Shown here in pieces: positions 51,421 through 64,000 of a DNA stretch of 64,000 bases. Numbering within the stretch: the stretch's first letter is position 1; each line of letters begins with the position of its first letter. The DNA comes from Eledone cirrhosa. Lineage: Eukaryota. The notes below the pieces were generated by a model. The model saw only the letters and a program-made list of their open reading frames with translations, was not told the origin of the DNA and did not search any database. The stretch is from positions 33,480,001 through 33,544,000 of the forward strand of contig OZ024744.1 in NCBI GenBank assembly GCA_964016885.1, given 5' to 3'. The position numbers and the translations under genes are program-made.

Positions 51421-53205
51421 TTCGTTAGCTTGGTAAGGACATTGATGTAGGAGTTCTGCCTTGGCACTTGATGTTGAATATCTGCCTTAAACATTTCTGC
51501 TGAAAACACTCAAGCAATTTGATGTGTATCCAAGGAGCCACCATTTAAGAGTGTGCTACCCAAGTAGACAAATTCATCTACTATTCCCAGCCTGCCTCCA
51601 TCAACCATGATATTGGGTTCACTATATGGTTCTCCAGGAGCAGTAAGCCCAAATGCTATACACGAGGATGGCAAAGGGTCCATAATGTGTTGCATGTCAG
51701 TTTCTGTATGTGCTAGAAAGTCAGCATCGTCGGCGTAAAGAAGGTCACTGATCAAAGCTTCAAAAGTGTTTGTCTTGGCTTTTAACCTTCTTAAGTTGAA
51801 AACCTTTCCAGTAGTTCTGAACCGTAAAAGAATGCCTTTGTCACAATCATGGGAAGCATGTGTGGGTAAGGCAGCAAAGACGATGGAGAAAAACGTAGGA
51901 GCAGGAATATCACCTTGCTTTACCCTGTTGTCAATTGCGATTTCCCTAGATAGTTGACCATTGAAGGCAACCCGAGCTTTCCTATTTCTATGTAACAGCT
52001 TTAACATACTCACAAACTTGGGTGGACATCTCACTTTTCCAAGAATGCATCTCTGTTAACTGTGTCAAAGGTCTTCGTTAGGTCGACAAAGACTTGATAC
52101 AGGGGAACACACTGCTCAATGCATTTTTCTTGTATTTGTCTTATAGAGAAAATCATGTCGACTGTTCCCCTTCCTCTTCTAAAACTACTTTGTGATTCCG
52201 GGGTAGCTGTAGGACAGACATCCTCCACCAGTCTGTTGAGCAAAAGTCTTGCGAGAACCTTGCCAACAGCTTCCAACAAAGTGATACCACAGTAGTTGCC
52301 ACATATCGATTTTCACCTTTGCCTTTATATAATACTTTCTTTATTAATAATTGTTTCTACTTTAGGCACAAGGCCAGCAATTACCCAGTGCATTACTGGT
52401 ACTTTATTTTATCGACCCCGTAAGGATGAAAGGCAAAGTCAACCTCGGCGGGATTTGAACTCAGATCGTAAAGGGACGTAACTATACTGGAAAGCATGGC
52501 GTCCGACCTTTCTTTATTAATAATAATACTTTCTTGATAACAGAATACTGTTGATCCAGTCTTGTGCAACCAGGGTCCCATTCCATCAATCAGTGATAAA
52601 GTTGTTTATTGATTCTTTTACATTATCACCACCGACTTTCAGCAGTTTGACTGGAATACCATCTGGACCTGGTGCCTTGCCATAGTTAACCTGCTTGACT
52701 GACAGCTTTATTTCATCAGCAGAGGGAAGTTGATCTATGCGGTGGACTGTTTCACATTGAGGAAGGCCCTCTATCACTCCAAAATTAACCGCTGATGGGT
52801 TATCAAACAGGTCAGTAAAATGTTCTTCCCAACGCTGAAGGAAAAATTGATAGATATTTGATGATGATATTAGCATCGTCCTTAGATCTCAGAGGAGTTA
52901 TTCAGGATATTAGTGGGCCAAAGACTTGGCGTATCAATAAGGAAAATTAATTCGAATCTTTGCTCTTAAAAGCCTGTTGGATTTCCAAAGAGATATTACT
53001 CCACCAATTATTTTGCATCCTGCGCAGTTCACGTTGCAGTGTTGCCTTGTGATCATTGTAGGCTTTCCTGGCAGCTCGCTACACTATGGGATTCTGATTC
53101 AGAAGCTTTTCATAGAGAGTGTGCTTGGTTTTCAGTAGCTGATTGACATTAGGATTGTTGTTATCGAATTAGTCCTGGTGTTTCTTGGTTCTGAACCCAT
53201 ATACC
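51420..53205 (-). mobile_element. RTE-clade LINE, second copy of the 1-1700 element
   Basis: ORFs 52586-52876, 52031-52279 and 51510-52034 are nearly identical to those at 279-1628. The 5' end abuts (CATA)n. Confidence 0.93.
52352..52507 (-). mobile_element. SINE S1 inside the second RTE copy
   Basis: 17-bp TSD CTTTCTTTATTAATAAT at 52335-52351 and 52508-52524. Confidence 0.9.
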
Positions 53206-53274
53206 TCCATGCATACATACATACATACATACATACATACATACATACATACATACATACATACATACATAATA

Positions 53275-53902
53275 TGTTGACCGCCCCTCGTTATCGAGTA
53301 TGGCCATTGCACCATATAGCATTGTTAATAATTATTAATTAATGTTATCGTGCAATACCTGTGCGTGAAGATTATTTTCTAAAGTGTGGAAAGACTGTGC
53401 ACTGAACCAATCCCACTCTCTGAGCGACAGTAGCTATAACCCGAAAAGAAGAAACGATCAACATCATCGGTAACTACTGAGCTGCAGGTTTTATATCGGA
53501 GTTATCCCAGTCTCCTGAGTTGCCTTCTCCTAGAAGAATGCCCTGACAAAAGCTAGGGGTCCTTCACTCCCAGTGGTTTGACCGCGCGATCGGGTGTCCA
53601 GCCCGACTACTTCTATGTCCCCGCGCATATACATATACATGCACCCATGTATATACACATATACATATACATACATATGTACATGTGTATATACATATTT
53701 AGACACTTTTGGATGGCCGTTGACTCTTATGAGTTCTTCCGCCCTTTGTCAGGTTTTGTTTTTTGTCCTGCAGGGGGTCCAAAATCACCCTCTTCACCAA
53801 TTAAACTTGGTGGGGTTGCCGGATTAGTCGCCGATGACCCGACCATGCGACAGGTTGTAGTAGGTTACATGTTACCAGTAGCACTCAAGAGTGACCCGAC
53901 AT
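53275..53902 (-). mobile_element. SIDE-2, a sister element with a related RTE-type 5' UTR and a different 3' half
   Basis: 53705-53902 aligns with 41175-41365 in reverse. Flanked by CATA repeats. Confidence 0.7.
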
Positions 53903-53914
53903 AACATACGTACA

Positions 53915-54492
53915 TACATGGTGGCTGCCAACTCGTTTTCGAGTACGGCCACCACTTTATATCCATGTAGGAGAACCTCTACCGATGCGCTGAACGAGTG
54001 TGACTTTTTAGTCCAGCCAGTGACTTGAAAACTCTGGTACAAACGCTACACTTGTGACAATTATTGACACAGTGCTGGGCCCATGGTACCATGTGACGAC
54101 AAGTGCAGAGAGATCTCCAGATATAAAGCAATGCCTGTGCCGTGAAGCTTTTATAGTGAGCAAAGGCACTGCACAAAGCCAGTCCCACTCTCTTAACCAA
54201 GATGATATTTACCAAAAAGAAGAACAAGTCAACATCATTGGATACCATCAGGGTTGCAGGTGTTATATCAGAGTTTTCCTTCTCCTAGAATTCTGCCTTG
54301 ACAAAGACTAAGGGGTCATCTCTCCCGGTGATTTTGGATGGCCATTGACTCTTAAGAGCTCCTTTGCCCTTTGACAGGTTTTGTTTTTAGTCCTGCAGGA
54401 TGTCCAAAGTCACCCTCCTCACCAAGAAACCTTGGTGGGGTTGCCAGTTTAGTCGCCAACGACCCGACCATGGGACAGGTTTTACTGGAATA
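53915..54492 (-). mobile_element. SIDE-1
   Basis: Reverse complement of 41210-41787. Confidence 0.88.
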
Positions 54493-54567
54493 CATACATA
54501 CATACATACATACATACATACATACATACATACATACATACATACATACATACATGCATACATACAT

Positions 54568-55512
54568 TACAACCGCTATATTGGCTCCCACTTTGAAGGA
54601 TACGTATTTGCAATCCAAGAACAGGAAATTAACACGAAATACCTGATTCACAAACGAGATAGGGATGCAGGCAAAACACCTAGATGTGATAAAAAGTGCA
54701 GACTCTGCAGAACTAACATGGAGGATATCACCCATGTCATCAGCAACTGTCCAGAAATGTCATCGCGGTACTATCTACCTATGAGGCATGATGTAGTGGC
54801 CAAAGCACTGTACAATGCAGTTCGTGAAAAAGATAGCTCCGATAATAAACACATTAAAAGCTACAGCAATGTGGAAGACATCCATGTACATAATATGAAA
54901 GAGTACTGGTGGAATGTTCCAGTAAAAACCCCAATAAAATGCTGGCATAACAGACCAGATATTATGATATGGGAGAGGGAGAAGAAAGCATGCACAGTAG
55001 TAGAAATTAGCTGCCCAGCAGATGCCAATATAATATCAAAGATTAGCGGAAAGGAGAATATTTATGCAGAACTGATGAGAAATCTGCAGATACTCCACCC
55101 TGATTACACCTTCAGATTTATGCCTGTGATTATTGGGGCACTGGGGCATGTTAGTAACTGTCTCAATACAAATCTTGAGAAGCTAGGCTTCACAGGAACA
55201 GAAAGAACACTTGTTAAGAAATTACAAGTACAATCCATTAATGGAACAGTAAAAATATGTAAAACATTCCAGAAATTTTGCATCTAATAACTACATATAC
55301 ACATGTACAGATACTAAGCATATACACATGCACACGTACAACTCATACAATAACATACAATAATATCCATATCTACACATGCATGCATACATATATATCT
55401 ACCTAGTTGATGTTGTGTTAATTCCAAAGAGAGAGTCTTGTGTCTATGTTAGGAACCTACTCTCTCTCTCTATTGGTAAAACATTGTGAAATTATAAAGC
55501 CAGAAGAACATA
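54568..55512 (+). mobile_element. RLE non-LTR family E 3' fragment in (CATA)n
   Basis: AIQEQEI, CRLC..EDITHVISNC, RHD, NRPDIMIW, VEISCP. Ends gaagaacatac. Confidence 0.9.
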
Positions 55513-55574
55513 CATTCATACACCTAGGTAAATTTCCCAGCAGCACCGCAACAAATGCATGGATTTGCTACATG

Positions 55575-57524
55575 ATTATCAGCAAAACATCATGCATGGA
55601 TATGCTGCCAGGAAGCTCCAGAGTGAGAGTAATATAGATAAAGAAAGTAGTCTATCTTGGACCAACCACCGCTATATTGGCTCCCACTTTGAAGGATACG
55701 CTTTTGCAATCCAAGAATAGGAAATCAACACAAAATACCTGATTCACAAAAAAAGAGAGGGATGCAGGCGAAACACCTAGATGTGACAAGTGCAAATTAA
55801 GACTGATACAATACACTACCACAAAGGCATCATTTAGGGTGATAAGTTATCCGTGCTGTTCTTCGTCTTCTCACTAAACCCACTATCATACCTGCTGAGA
55901 AAGTGGTCATAGAAGTGGATCCAGAAGTATCTCCCACCATTTTTTTGTTGATGACCTGAAGTTATATTGGCCAAATGCCAACTATATCAAAAAACAATTG
56001 GGCTTCTTTACACAATTTTCTGCAGACATCAGAATGAAATTTAGTGAGTCCAAATGTGCATATTTGACAGTAAAACGTGGAAGGATTGTGCCCTACTCTG
56101 GGAATCTTAGATGAACGGCTTGACAATTCAAGCTCTAGGGTCAGGTGACAACTACAGATAACTTGGACAGGATGAGAATGTCAGATATGATGGAACCATA
56201 AATAAGAAGAGAACCAGACACTGAATACCCCAAAGAACTATCAGCGCACAACAAATACATTGTCCACAATACTTATGCTGTGGCAATCCTAACGCCAACA
56301 TTTGGTCTGCTGAACTGGCCATTGTAAGAACTAAGTGAAATGGATGTAAGAACTTGTAAGCTTCTCAGTGATACTGGGAAATTTAACATCAATGGTGATG
56401 TGGATAGGCTATATTTCTAACGCAAGGAAGATGGCCGGAGTCTAAAATCTATATTAACATCAAACGAGACCGGGATAGTAACACTGAAGCAACATCTTCA
56501 ACAAAAGAAAAAGGTCAGCAACACCTTACCCAGGTTTATGAGAGTGAAGGAAATAATACCATTAGGATAGCCACTGATCTGGAGGAGAGATATGGAATAA
56601 GGCCTGATATAAATCTCCCTCCCAGGGAAATTGATAGATCCTATTCAATGTTCGAATAAGAAAAAAAATGGACGAATTTATATAGAATGTTGTTCATCGG
56701 TACCTCAGATATAAATCCCAGACCATAGAGGGGATCAACTATACTAAAAGCTTGACATGGAGTTCCGACAAGTTTATGACATCACACCTTGAGGGATATC
56801 TCTATGCAATACAGGAACAAGACCTCCCTACCAAATATCTGCTACACAAAAGAGGAGGGGCATCAGTCGACAATAAATGCAGGCTATGTAAAACAAAGAT
56901 CGAAGATGTTAGCCACATTGTTGCCAACTGTGAAAGAATGTCATCTCGCAACTACCTCCCTATAAGACACGATGGGACAGCTAGAACCATCTGGAACGCA
57001 CTTCGGAAAACAAAATTGAGAACAAACGAGGAAGAATATATTGAGACAGATGGCACTAAGGAATACTGGTGGAACCTGAAAATAAAAACTGCCACCAAAT
57101 TAAAGCACAACTAACCAGATATTGTTATTTGGGACCACACATTGAAAACGTGTTCTGTTGGGGAGATCAGCTGCCCTCTTGATGTCAACGTTGTAAGAAA
57201 AAATACAGGAGAAGGAGGACATCTACGGACCATTGATGAGGAGTTTGCAGATCCAGTATCCAAGATACACCTTCAGCTTCATACCCCTCATTATTAGAGC
57301 TACAGATTATATACCTACCCACTTGGTATATAATTGAACTTGGATTTGTGGACAAAAAGCGCAGCTCCCTAATTCATAGTCTACAAATGGCTGCGATAGC
57401 TGGCACCTTCAAAGTTTGCGAAGCATTCTTGCGATTCAAGGGATGACAACTTCTTTTCTTTTACAATCTTGCCACCAGGAAGGTGGCCGGTCAAAAATGT
57501 ACTCGAAATAAAGAGAAGAGAGAA
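55575..57524 (+). mobile_element. Chimeric degraded RLE: family E piece (to about 55793) fused to family F RT-to-3' end
   Basis: 55605-55793 matches 57715-57892. 55795-57524 matches 60863-62619 with many stops. Confidence 0.85.
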
Positions 57525-57596
57525 ACATACATACATACACACATGCATACATACAAGCATACACTCATACATATTTGCATACTATAGAGTAGATAT

Positions 57597-57651
<55 letters not shown>

Positions 57652-57711
57652 CACGCACACATACACAAATACACACACATATACACACATACATACACAC
57701 TCATACATACA

Positions 57712-58717
57712 ATTGTTGCCAGGAAGCTCCAGAATGAGAGTAATATAGATAAGGAAAGTAGTCTATCTTGGAACAACAACCGCTATATTCAAGGATATGC
57801 TTTTGCAATCCAATAACAGGAAATCAACACAAAATACCTGATTCACAAAGGAGATAGGAATGCAGGCAAAACACCTAGATGTGACAAGTGCAGACTCTGT
57901 AGAATTAACATCGAACATGTCACCCATGTCATAAGCAGCTGTCCAAAGATGTCATCACAGTACTATCTACCTATGAGGCATGATGTAGTGGCTAAAACAC
58001 TGTACCATGCAATCCGTAGAAAAGATAGCCCAGATAATAAACACATTAAAAGCTACAGCAATGTGGAAGACATCCATGTACATAATATGAAAGAGTACTG
58101 GTGGAATGTTCCAGTAAAACCCCCAATAAAATGCAAGCATAACAGACCAGATATTATGATATGGGACATGGAGAAGAAGGCATGCACAGTAGTGGAAGTT
58201 AGCTGCCCAACAGATGCCAATATAATATCAAAGATTAGTGAAAAGGAGAATATTTATGCAGAACTGATGAGAAATCTGCAGATACTCCACCCTGATTACT
58301 CCCTCAGATTTATACCTGTGATTATTGGGGCACTGGGATAGGTTAGTAACTGCCTCAATACAAATCTTGAGAAGCTAGGCTTCACAGGAACAGAAAGAAC
58401 ACTTGTTAAGAAATTACAAGTACAATCCATTAATGGAACAGTAGAAGTATGTAAGATATTCCAAACATTCTGCATTTAATAACTGTATATACACATGTAC
58501 AGATACAAAGCATATACACATGCACACATACAACTCAAAACGCAAACATCCACACATACAATAACATCCATATCTACACATGCATGCGTGCAGACATGAA
58601 TACATATCTACCTAGTTGATGTTGTGTAAATTCCAATAAGAGAGTCTTATGTCTACGTTAGAAACCGACTTTCTCTCTATTTAGAAACAATTTGTAAAAT
58701 TATAAAAGCAGAAGAAC
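57712..58717 (+). mobile_element. RLE family E 3' fragment
   Basis: ORF 57949-58341. Matches 54568-55512. Confidence 0.9.
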
Positions 58718-58729
58718 ATACATACATAT

Positions 58730-59335
58730 ATGGTGGTGGCTGCCAACTCGTTTTCGAGTAGGCCACTACTTTATATCCACGTAGGAGAACCCCTACCGAT
58801 GCGCTGAACGAGTGTGACTTTTTATTCCAGACAGTGACTTGAAAATTCTGGCACAAACACTACACTTGTGACAATTATTGTCACACAGTGCTGGGCCCAT
58901 GGTACCATGTGACGACAAGTGCAGAGAGATCTCCAGATATAAAGCAATGCCTGTGCCGTGAAGCTTTTATAGTGAGCAAAGGCACTGCACAAAGCCAGTC
59001 CCACTCTCTTAACCAAGATGATATTTACTAAAAAGAAGAACAAGTCAACATCATTGGATACCATCAGGGTTGCAGGTGTTATATCAGAGTTTTCCTTCTC
59101 CTAGAATTCTGCCTTGACAAAGGCTAAGGGGTCATCTCTCCCGGTGACTTTGGATGGCCATTGATTTTTAAGAGCTCCTTTGCCTTTTGACAGGTTTTGT
59201 TTTTAGTCCTGCAGGATGTCCAAAGTCACCCTCCTAACCAAGAAACCTTGGTGGGGTTGCCAGTTTAGTCGCCAACGACCCGACCATGAGACAGGTTGTA
59301 CTGGGATACATGTTGCCAGTAGCACCAACTGGTAC
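58730..59335 (-). mobile_element. SIDE-1, near full length
   Basis: Reverse complement of 41184-41785. Confidence 0.88.
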
Positions 59336-59445
59336 ATACATACATACATACATACATATATACATACATACATACATACATACATACATACATACATACA
59401 TACATACATACATACATACATACATACATACATACATACATACAT

Positions 59446-59984
59446 CGAACGCACTTCGGAAAACAAAATTAACAACAAACGAGGAAGAATATATTGAGAC
59501 AGATGGCACTAAGGAATACTGGTGGAACCTGAAAATAAAAACTGCCACCAAATTAAAGCACAACCGGCCTGATATTGTAGTTTGGGACCACACATTGAAA
59601 ACGTGTTCTGTTGTGGAGATCAGCTGCCCACTTGATGTAAACGTTGTCAGAAAAATACAGGAGAAGGAGGACATCTACGGACCATTGATGAGGAGTTTAC
59701 AAATCCAGTATCCAAGATACACCTTTAGCTTCATACCCATCATTATTGGTGCTACGGGTTATATACCAACCCGCTTGGACCAAAGTATGACTGAACTTGG
59801 ATTTGTGGACAAAAAGCGCAGCTCCCTAATTCATAGTCTACAAATGGCTGCGATAGCTGGCACCTTCAAAATTTGCAAAACATTCTTGCGATTCAAGGGA
59901 TGACAATTTCTTTTCTTTTACAACCTTGCCACCAGGAAGGTGGCCGGTCAAAAAAATATACTCGAAATTAAGAGAAAGAGAAAA
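59446..59984 (+). mobile_element. RLE family F 3' fragment
   Basis: HNRPDIVVWD..VEISCPLD. (CATA)n on both sides. Confidence 0.9.
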
Positions 59985-60063
59985 CATACATACATACATA
60001 CATACATACATACATACATACATACATACATACATACATACATACATACATACATACATACAT

Positions 60064-62619
60064 AGATTGTTTGCCAGAGATCCTAAATCAGTTTATCGCA
60101 GCTTCGGTAGCAAAAGCTCAATCCCTGTAAATGACACCCCTTCAAAAGTACAGGTTGAGAGCTACTGGAGATCTGTATGGGAAACGGATGACGGATTCAA
60201 CAGACAAACTAATTGGCTAAAAGAACTGGAACAGGACTACTGCTAACATGTCCAGACAAAACAATATGACATAGATGGGTCAATACTGGAAACAGCTCTA
60301 CAGAAAATGTCGAATAGGAAATCACCAGGCCCAGACCTCATTACAGGATACTGGTTGAAGAATTTCACTTTCTATCGGCAAGATTTCATACGGCTGTTTA
60401 CAGAAACCATTAAAGGCACACAAGAACTGCCCAGATGGTTATCAACTGCCACTACTCTCCTCATTCCCCAAAATAGCCAAACCACTCTTGCTAAAAATTA
60501 CCGCCCAATAGCCTACCAAAACATCATGTATAAATTATATACTGGGTGCCTTAACCTGTTCTTACAGGATCACTGTGCTACCAACAACATCATAACACCT
60601 GAGCAAGCTGGTGGAAAGAGGGAGGTGCGGGGTTGCATATATCACCTACTAACTAATAAAATGATTCAGGAAAAAACAACAAAGAATCGCAGAAACATGA
60701 CTGTGGTGTGGCTGGACTATCAAAAAGTATTTGATAGTGTACCTCATGGGTGGATTATTAAGGCTTTACAGTTAGCCAAAGTCCCACAACCACTGGTAGC
60801 TGCTGTTGAACGTCTGACTAAGAACTGGTACACCAATTTGATCCTTAGAGGTGAGAAGGAGCAAGTTAAGACTGATAAGATACATTACCAGAAGGGCATC
60901 TTTCAGGGTGATAGGTTGTCAGTGCTACTCTTCGTTCTCTCACTAAATCCACTATCTTACCTACTCAGGAAACAAGGTGGACAAAGAAGTGGGCCCAGAA
61001 GTATCTCCCATCTTTTCTTTGTTGATGACCTGAAGTTGTATGGGCCAAATATCAATGACATCAAGAAACAATTGGACCTCATTACACAATTTTCAACAGA
61101 CATCAAAATGAAATTTGGTGAGTCCATGTGTGCAGTAAAACGTGGAAGAGCTGTGCCCTCCTCTAGAAATCTAGAGATGAACGGCCTGACAATACAACCT
61201 CTACAGTCAGGTGACAACTACAGATATCTTGGACAGGATGATAATGTCAGATATGATGGACCCATAAATAAGGAGAGAACCAGAACTGAATACCTCAGAA
61301 GAGTAAAGAAAATATGGTCATCAGAACTGTCAGCGTACAACAAATACATTGCCCACAATACTTATGCTGTGCCAATTCTAACGCCAACATTTGGCCTGCT
61401 GAACTGGTCATTTCAAGAACTAAGTGAGATGGATGTTAGAACTCGCAAACTTCTCAGTGTTACTGGGAACTTTAACATCAATTGTGATGTGGATAGGCTA
61501 TACTTCTCACGCAAGGAAGGTGGCCGGGGTCTAAAATCCATATTAACAACATATGAGATCCGGATAGTAAGACTGAAGCAACACCTTCAACAGAGGAAAA
61601 AGGTTGGCAACCATCTTGCCCAGGTTTATGAGCATGAAAAAAAAATATCATTAGAATAGCGACTGATCTGGAGGAGAGATATGGAATAAAGCCTGATATA
61701 AATCTCTCACCCAGAGAAATCGGAAAATCCTATTCGATGTTCAAACAAGATGAAAAAATTGACCAATTTACAGAAAAAGTTGTGCATGGATACTTGAGGC
61801 GTAAAACAAAGACCATAGAGGGGATAAACCACTCAAAAAGCCTGGCATGGAGTTCCGACAAGTTTATGACATCACACCTTGAGGGATATCTCTATGCAAT
61901 ACAGGAACAAGAACTCCCTACCAAATATCTGCTGCACAAAAGAGGAGGGCCAGCAGCTGATAATAAATGTAGGCTATGTAAAACAAAGATCGAGGATGTA
62001 AGCCACATTGTTGCCAGCTGCGAAAGAATGTCATCTCGCTACTACCTCCCCATGAGACACGATGGGATAGCTAGAACCATCTGGAACGCACTTCGGAAAA
62101 CAAAATTAACAACAAACGAGGAAGAATATATTGAGACAGATGACACTAAGGAATACTGGTGGAACCTGAAAATAAAAACTGCCACCAAATTAAAGCACAA
62201 CCGGCCTGATATTGTTGTTTGGGACCACACATTGAAAACGTGTTCTGTTGTGGAGATCAGCTGCCCACTTGATGTAAACGTTGTCAGAAAAATACAGAAG
62301 GAGGACATCTACGGACCATTGATGAGGAGTTTACAAATCCAGTATCCAAGATACACCTTTAGCTTCATACCCATCATTATTGGAGCTACGGGTTATACAC
62401 CAACATGCTTAGACCAAAGTATGACTGAACTTGGATTTGCGGACAAAAAGCGCAGCTCCCTAGTTCATAGTCTACAAATGGCTACGATAGCTGGTACCTT
62501 CAAAATTTACAAAACATTCCTGCGATTCAAGGGATGACAATTTCTTTTCTTTTACAACCTTGCCACCAGGAAGGTGGCCGGTCAAAGAAATATACTCGAA
62601 ATTAAGAGAAAGAGATAAC
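60064..62619 (+). mobile_element. RLE family F (R4/Dong-like), RT + CCHC + endonuclease, 5'-truncated
   Basis: KSPGPD, NYRPI, LDYQKVFDSVPH, GIFQGDRLS, HLFFVDDLKLY, RKEGGRGL. Frameshift at the A-run near 61640, then CRLC..HIVASC, RHD, NRPD. (CATA)n on both sides. Confidence 0.94.
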
Positions 62620-62640
62620 ATACATACATACATACATACA

Positions 62641-63054
62641 TACATGGTGGCTGCCAACTCGTTTTCGAGTACGGCCACTACTTTATATCAATGTAGGAGA
62701 ACCCCTACTGATGCGCTGAACAAGTGTGACTTTTTAGTCCAGCCAGCGACTTGAAAACTCTGGTACAAACACTACACTTGTGACAATTATTGACACATAG
62801 TGCTGGGCCCATGGTACCATGTGATGACAAGTGCAGAGAGATCTCCAGATATAAAGCAATGCCTGTGCTGTGAAGCTTTTATAGTGAGCAAAGGCACTGC
62901 ACAAAGCCAGTCCCACTCTCTTAACCAAAATGATATTTACCAAAACGAAGAACAAGTCAACATCATTGGATACCATCAGGGTTGCAGGTGTTATATCAGA
63001 GTTTTCCTTCTCCTAGAATTCTGCCTTGACAAAGGCTAAGGGGTCATCTCTCCC
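62641..63054 (-). mobile_element. SIDE-1, 5'-truncated
   Basis: Reverse complement of 41375-41787, between CATA tracts. Confidence 0.88.
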
Positions 63055-63110
63055 ATACATACATACATACATACATACATACATACATACATACATACAT
63101 ACATACATAC

Positions 63111-64000
63111 AGACGCATATTTTGGCGTGGGAGACTATTTATTAAATTTAAGATGAATACTATCTCCGACAGTAATGCCACAACTACAGTCATGTTGAAT
63201 AACTGGTTATTCTTCTAACTATATCTTCTGAAGACACCTTTTATTCGAATTCGTAGAGATATCCGACTAAATACATAATTCATTTTACAAGGATTTGCTA
63301 CAAACAGCATGACTGAACACAACATCAACAACAAAATTGAGGAAGTATCGAAGACAAATAACAAGGATGGTAAACAAACTTTATTCAGTTGTAGCTACAG
63401 AAGAAACCGAAATTATAAATCGCATTTCTCTTGGAGTTGCGAACTTAATAATGATTTATTTAATTGTTATAAAATGGCAAAAAAACAATCCCTCCATTGT
63501 CTATAGGAACAGAATGAAGCAACACTGGGACGAAATGCACCCAGAGCTAAATTATTTCACAGCGAAACAATTATGCCAACAAGCGACGTTTGTTGAACGT
63601 AAAAATAAGATAAATATTATTAATTGTAAGTCCCCCACAACAAACATGGAATCAACAACACGTGCTACAGATCGCCATGCTACTAGACTTCCTAGCAGCC
63701 AGGTCGAACAGTGCCTTGAAACAACTATGCCTGTAAGAAACTTGACACCACGTGTACCATCTAAGTCTACCTCGAATGCTGGGGAAAACACTATAGATAA
63801 TAATAATAATCGAAGAAATAATAATAATAATCGAAGAAATTTGACACCACGTGTACCATCCGAGTCTACCTCGACTATTTTGGAAAATACTATCGATAAT
63901 GATAATAATCAAAAGTATAAACAATTGAACATTTTCCCTCAACGAAATCTTCCAGAGACAAATTAATTCATGTATAAATATTTCTCTTGCTGAACGGACT
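63111..64000 (+). mobile_element. Probable 5' UTR and N-terminal region of an R4/Dong-like element
   Basis: Starts directly after (CATA)n. The frameshifted WSCELNNDLFNCYKMA..YRNRMKQHWDEMHPEL..TAKQLCQQA resembles the R4-clade N-terminal domain. Confidence 0.6.

Noticed and set aside
63225-63270. CTGAAGA in the 5' leader as a ribozyme
   Set aside because: No properly placed GAAA/helix III.

Overview
This is a eukaryotic, AT- and microsatellite-rich window made almost entirely of repeats. The SINE repertoire and the (TA)n/(CATA)n/(TAA)n density suggest a cephalopod such as octopus, which is an inference. No host protein-coding gene can be called with confidence; there are only three weak exon candidates. 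Main contents: (1) two inverted, internally deleted RTE-clade LINE copies (1-2550 + and 51420-53205 -), each hit by the same SINE family at essentially the same site; (2) a 7.25-kb array of a 45-bp unit amplified from the CORE domain inside one SINE, with a 1456-bp higher-order duplication; (3) a (TAA)n nest (28.3-35.7 kb) of Tx1-like and R4/Dong-like RLE retrotransposon fragments; (4) a (CATA)n nest (53.2-64 kb) of two RLE families plus RTE-derived short internally deleted elements, where in both nests RLE elements lie on + and the other retroelements on -; (5) several short non-coding elements in (TA)n tracts carrying minimal hammerhead ribozyme motifs and fold-back ends (Penelope-like or retrozyme-like); (6) mariner and hAT MITEs, minisatellites and a 200-N gap. 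Coordinates were read by eye and boundaries may be off by about 10 bp.
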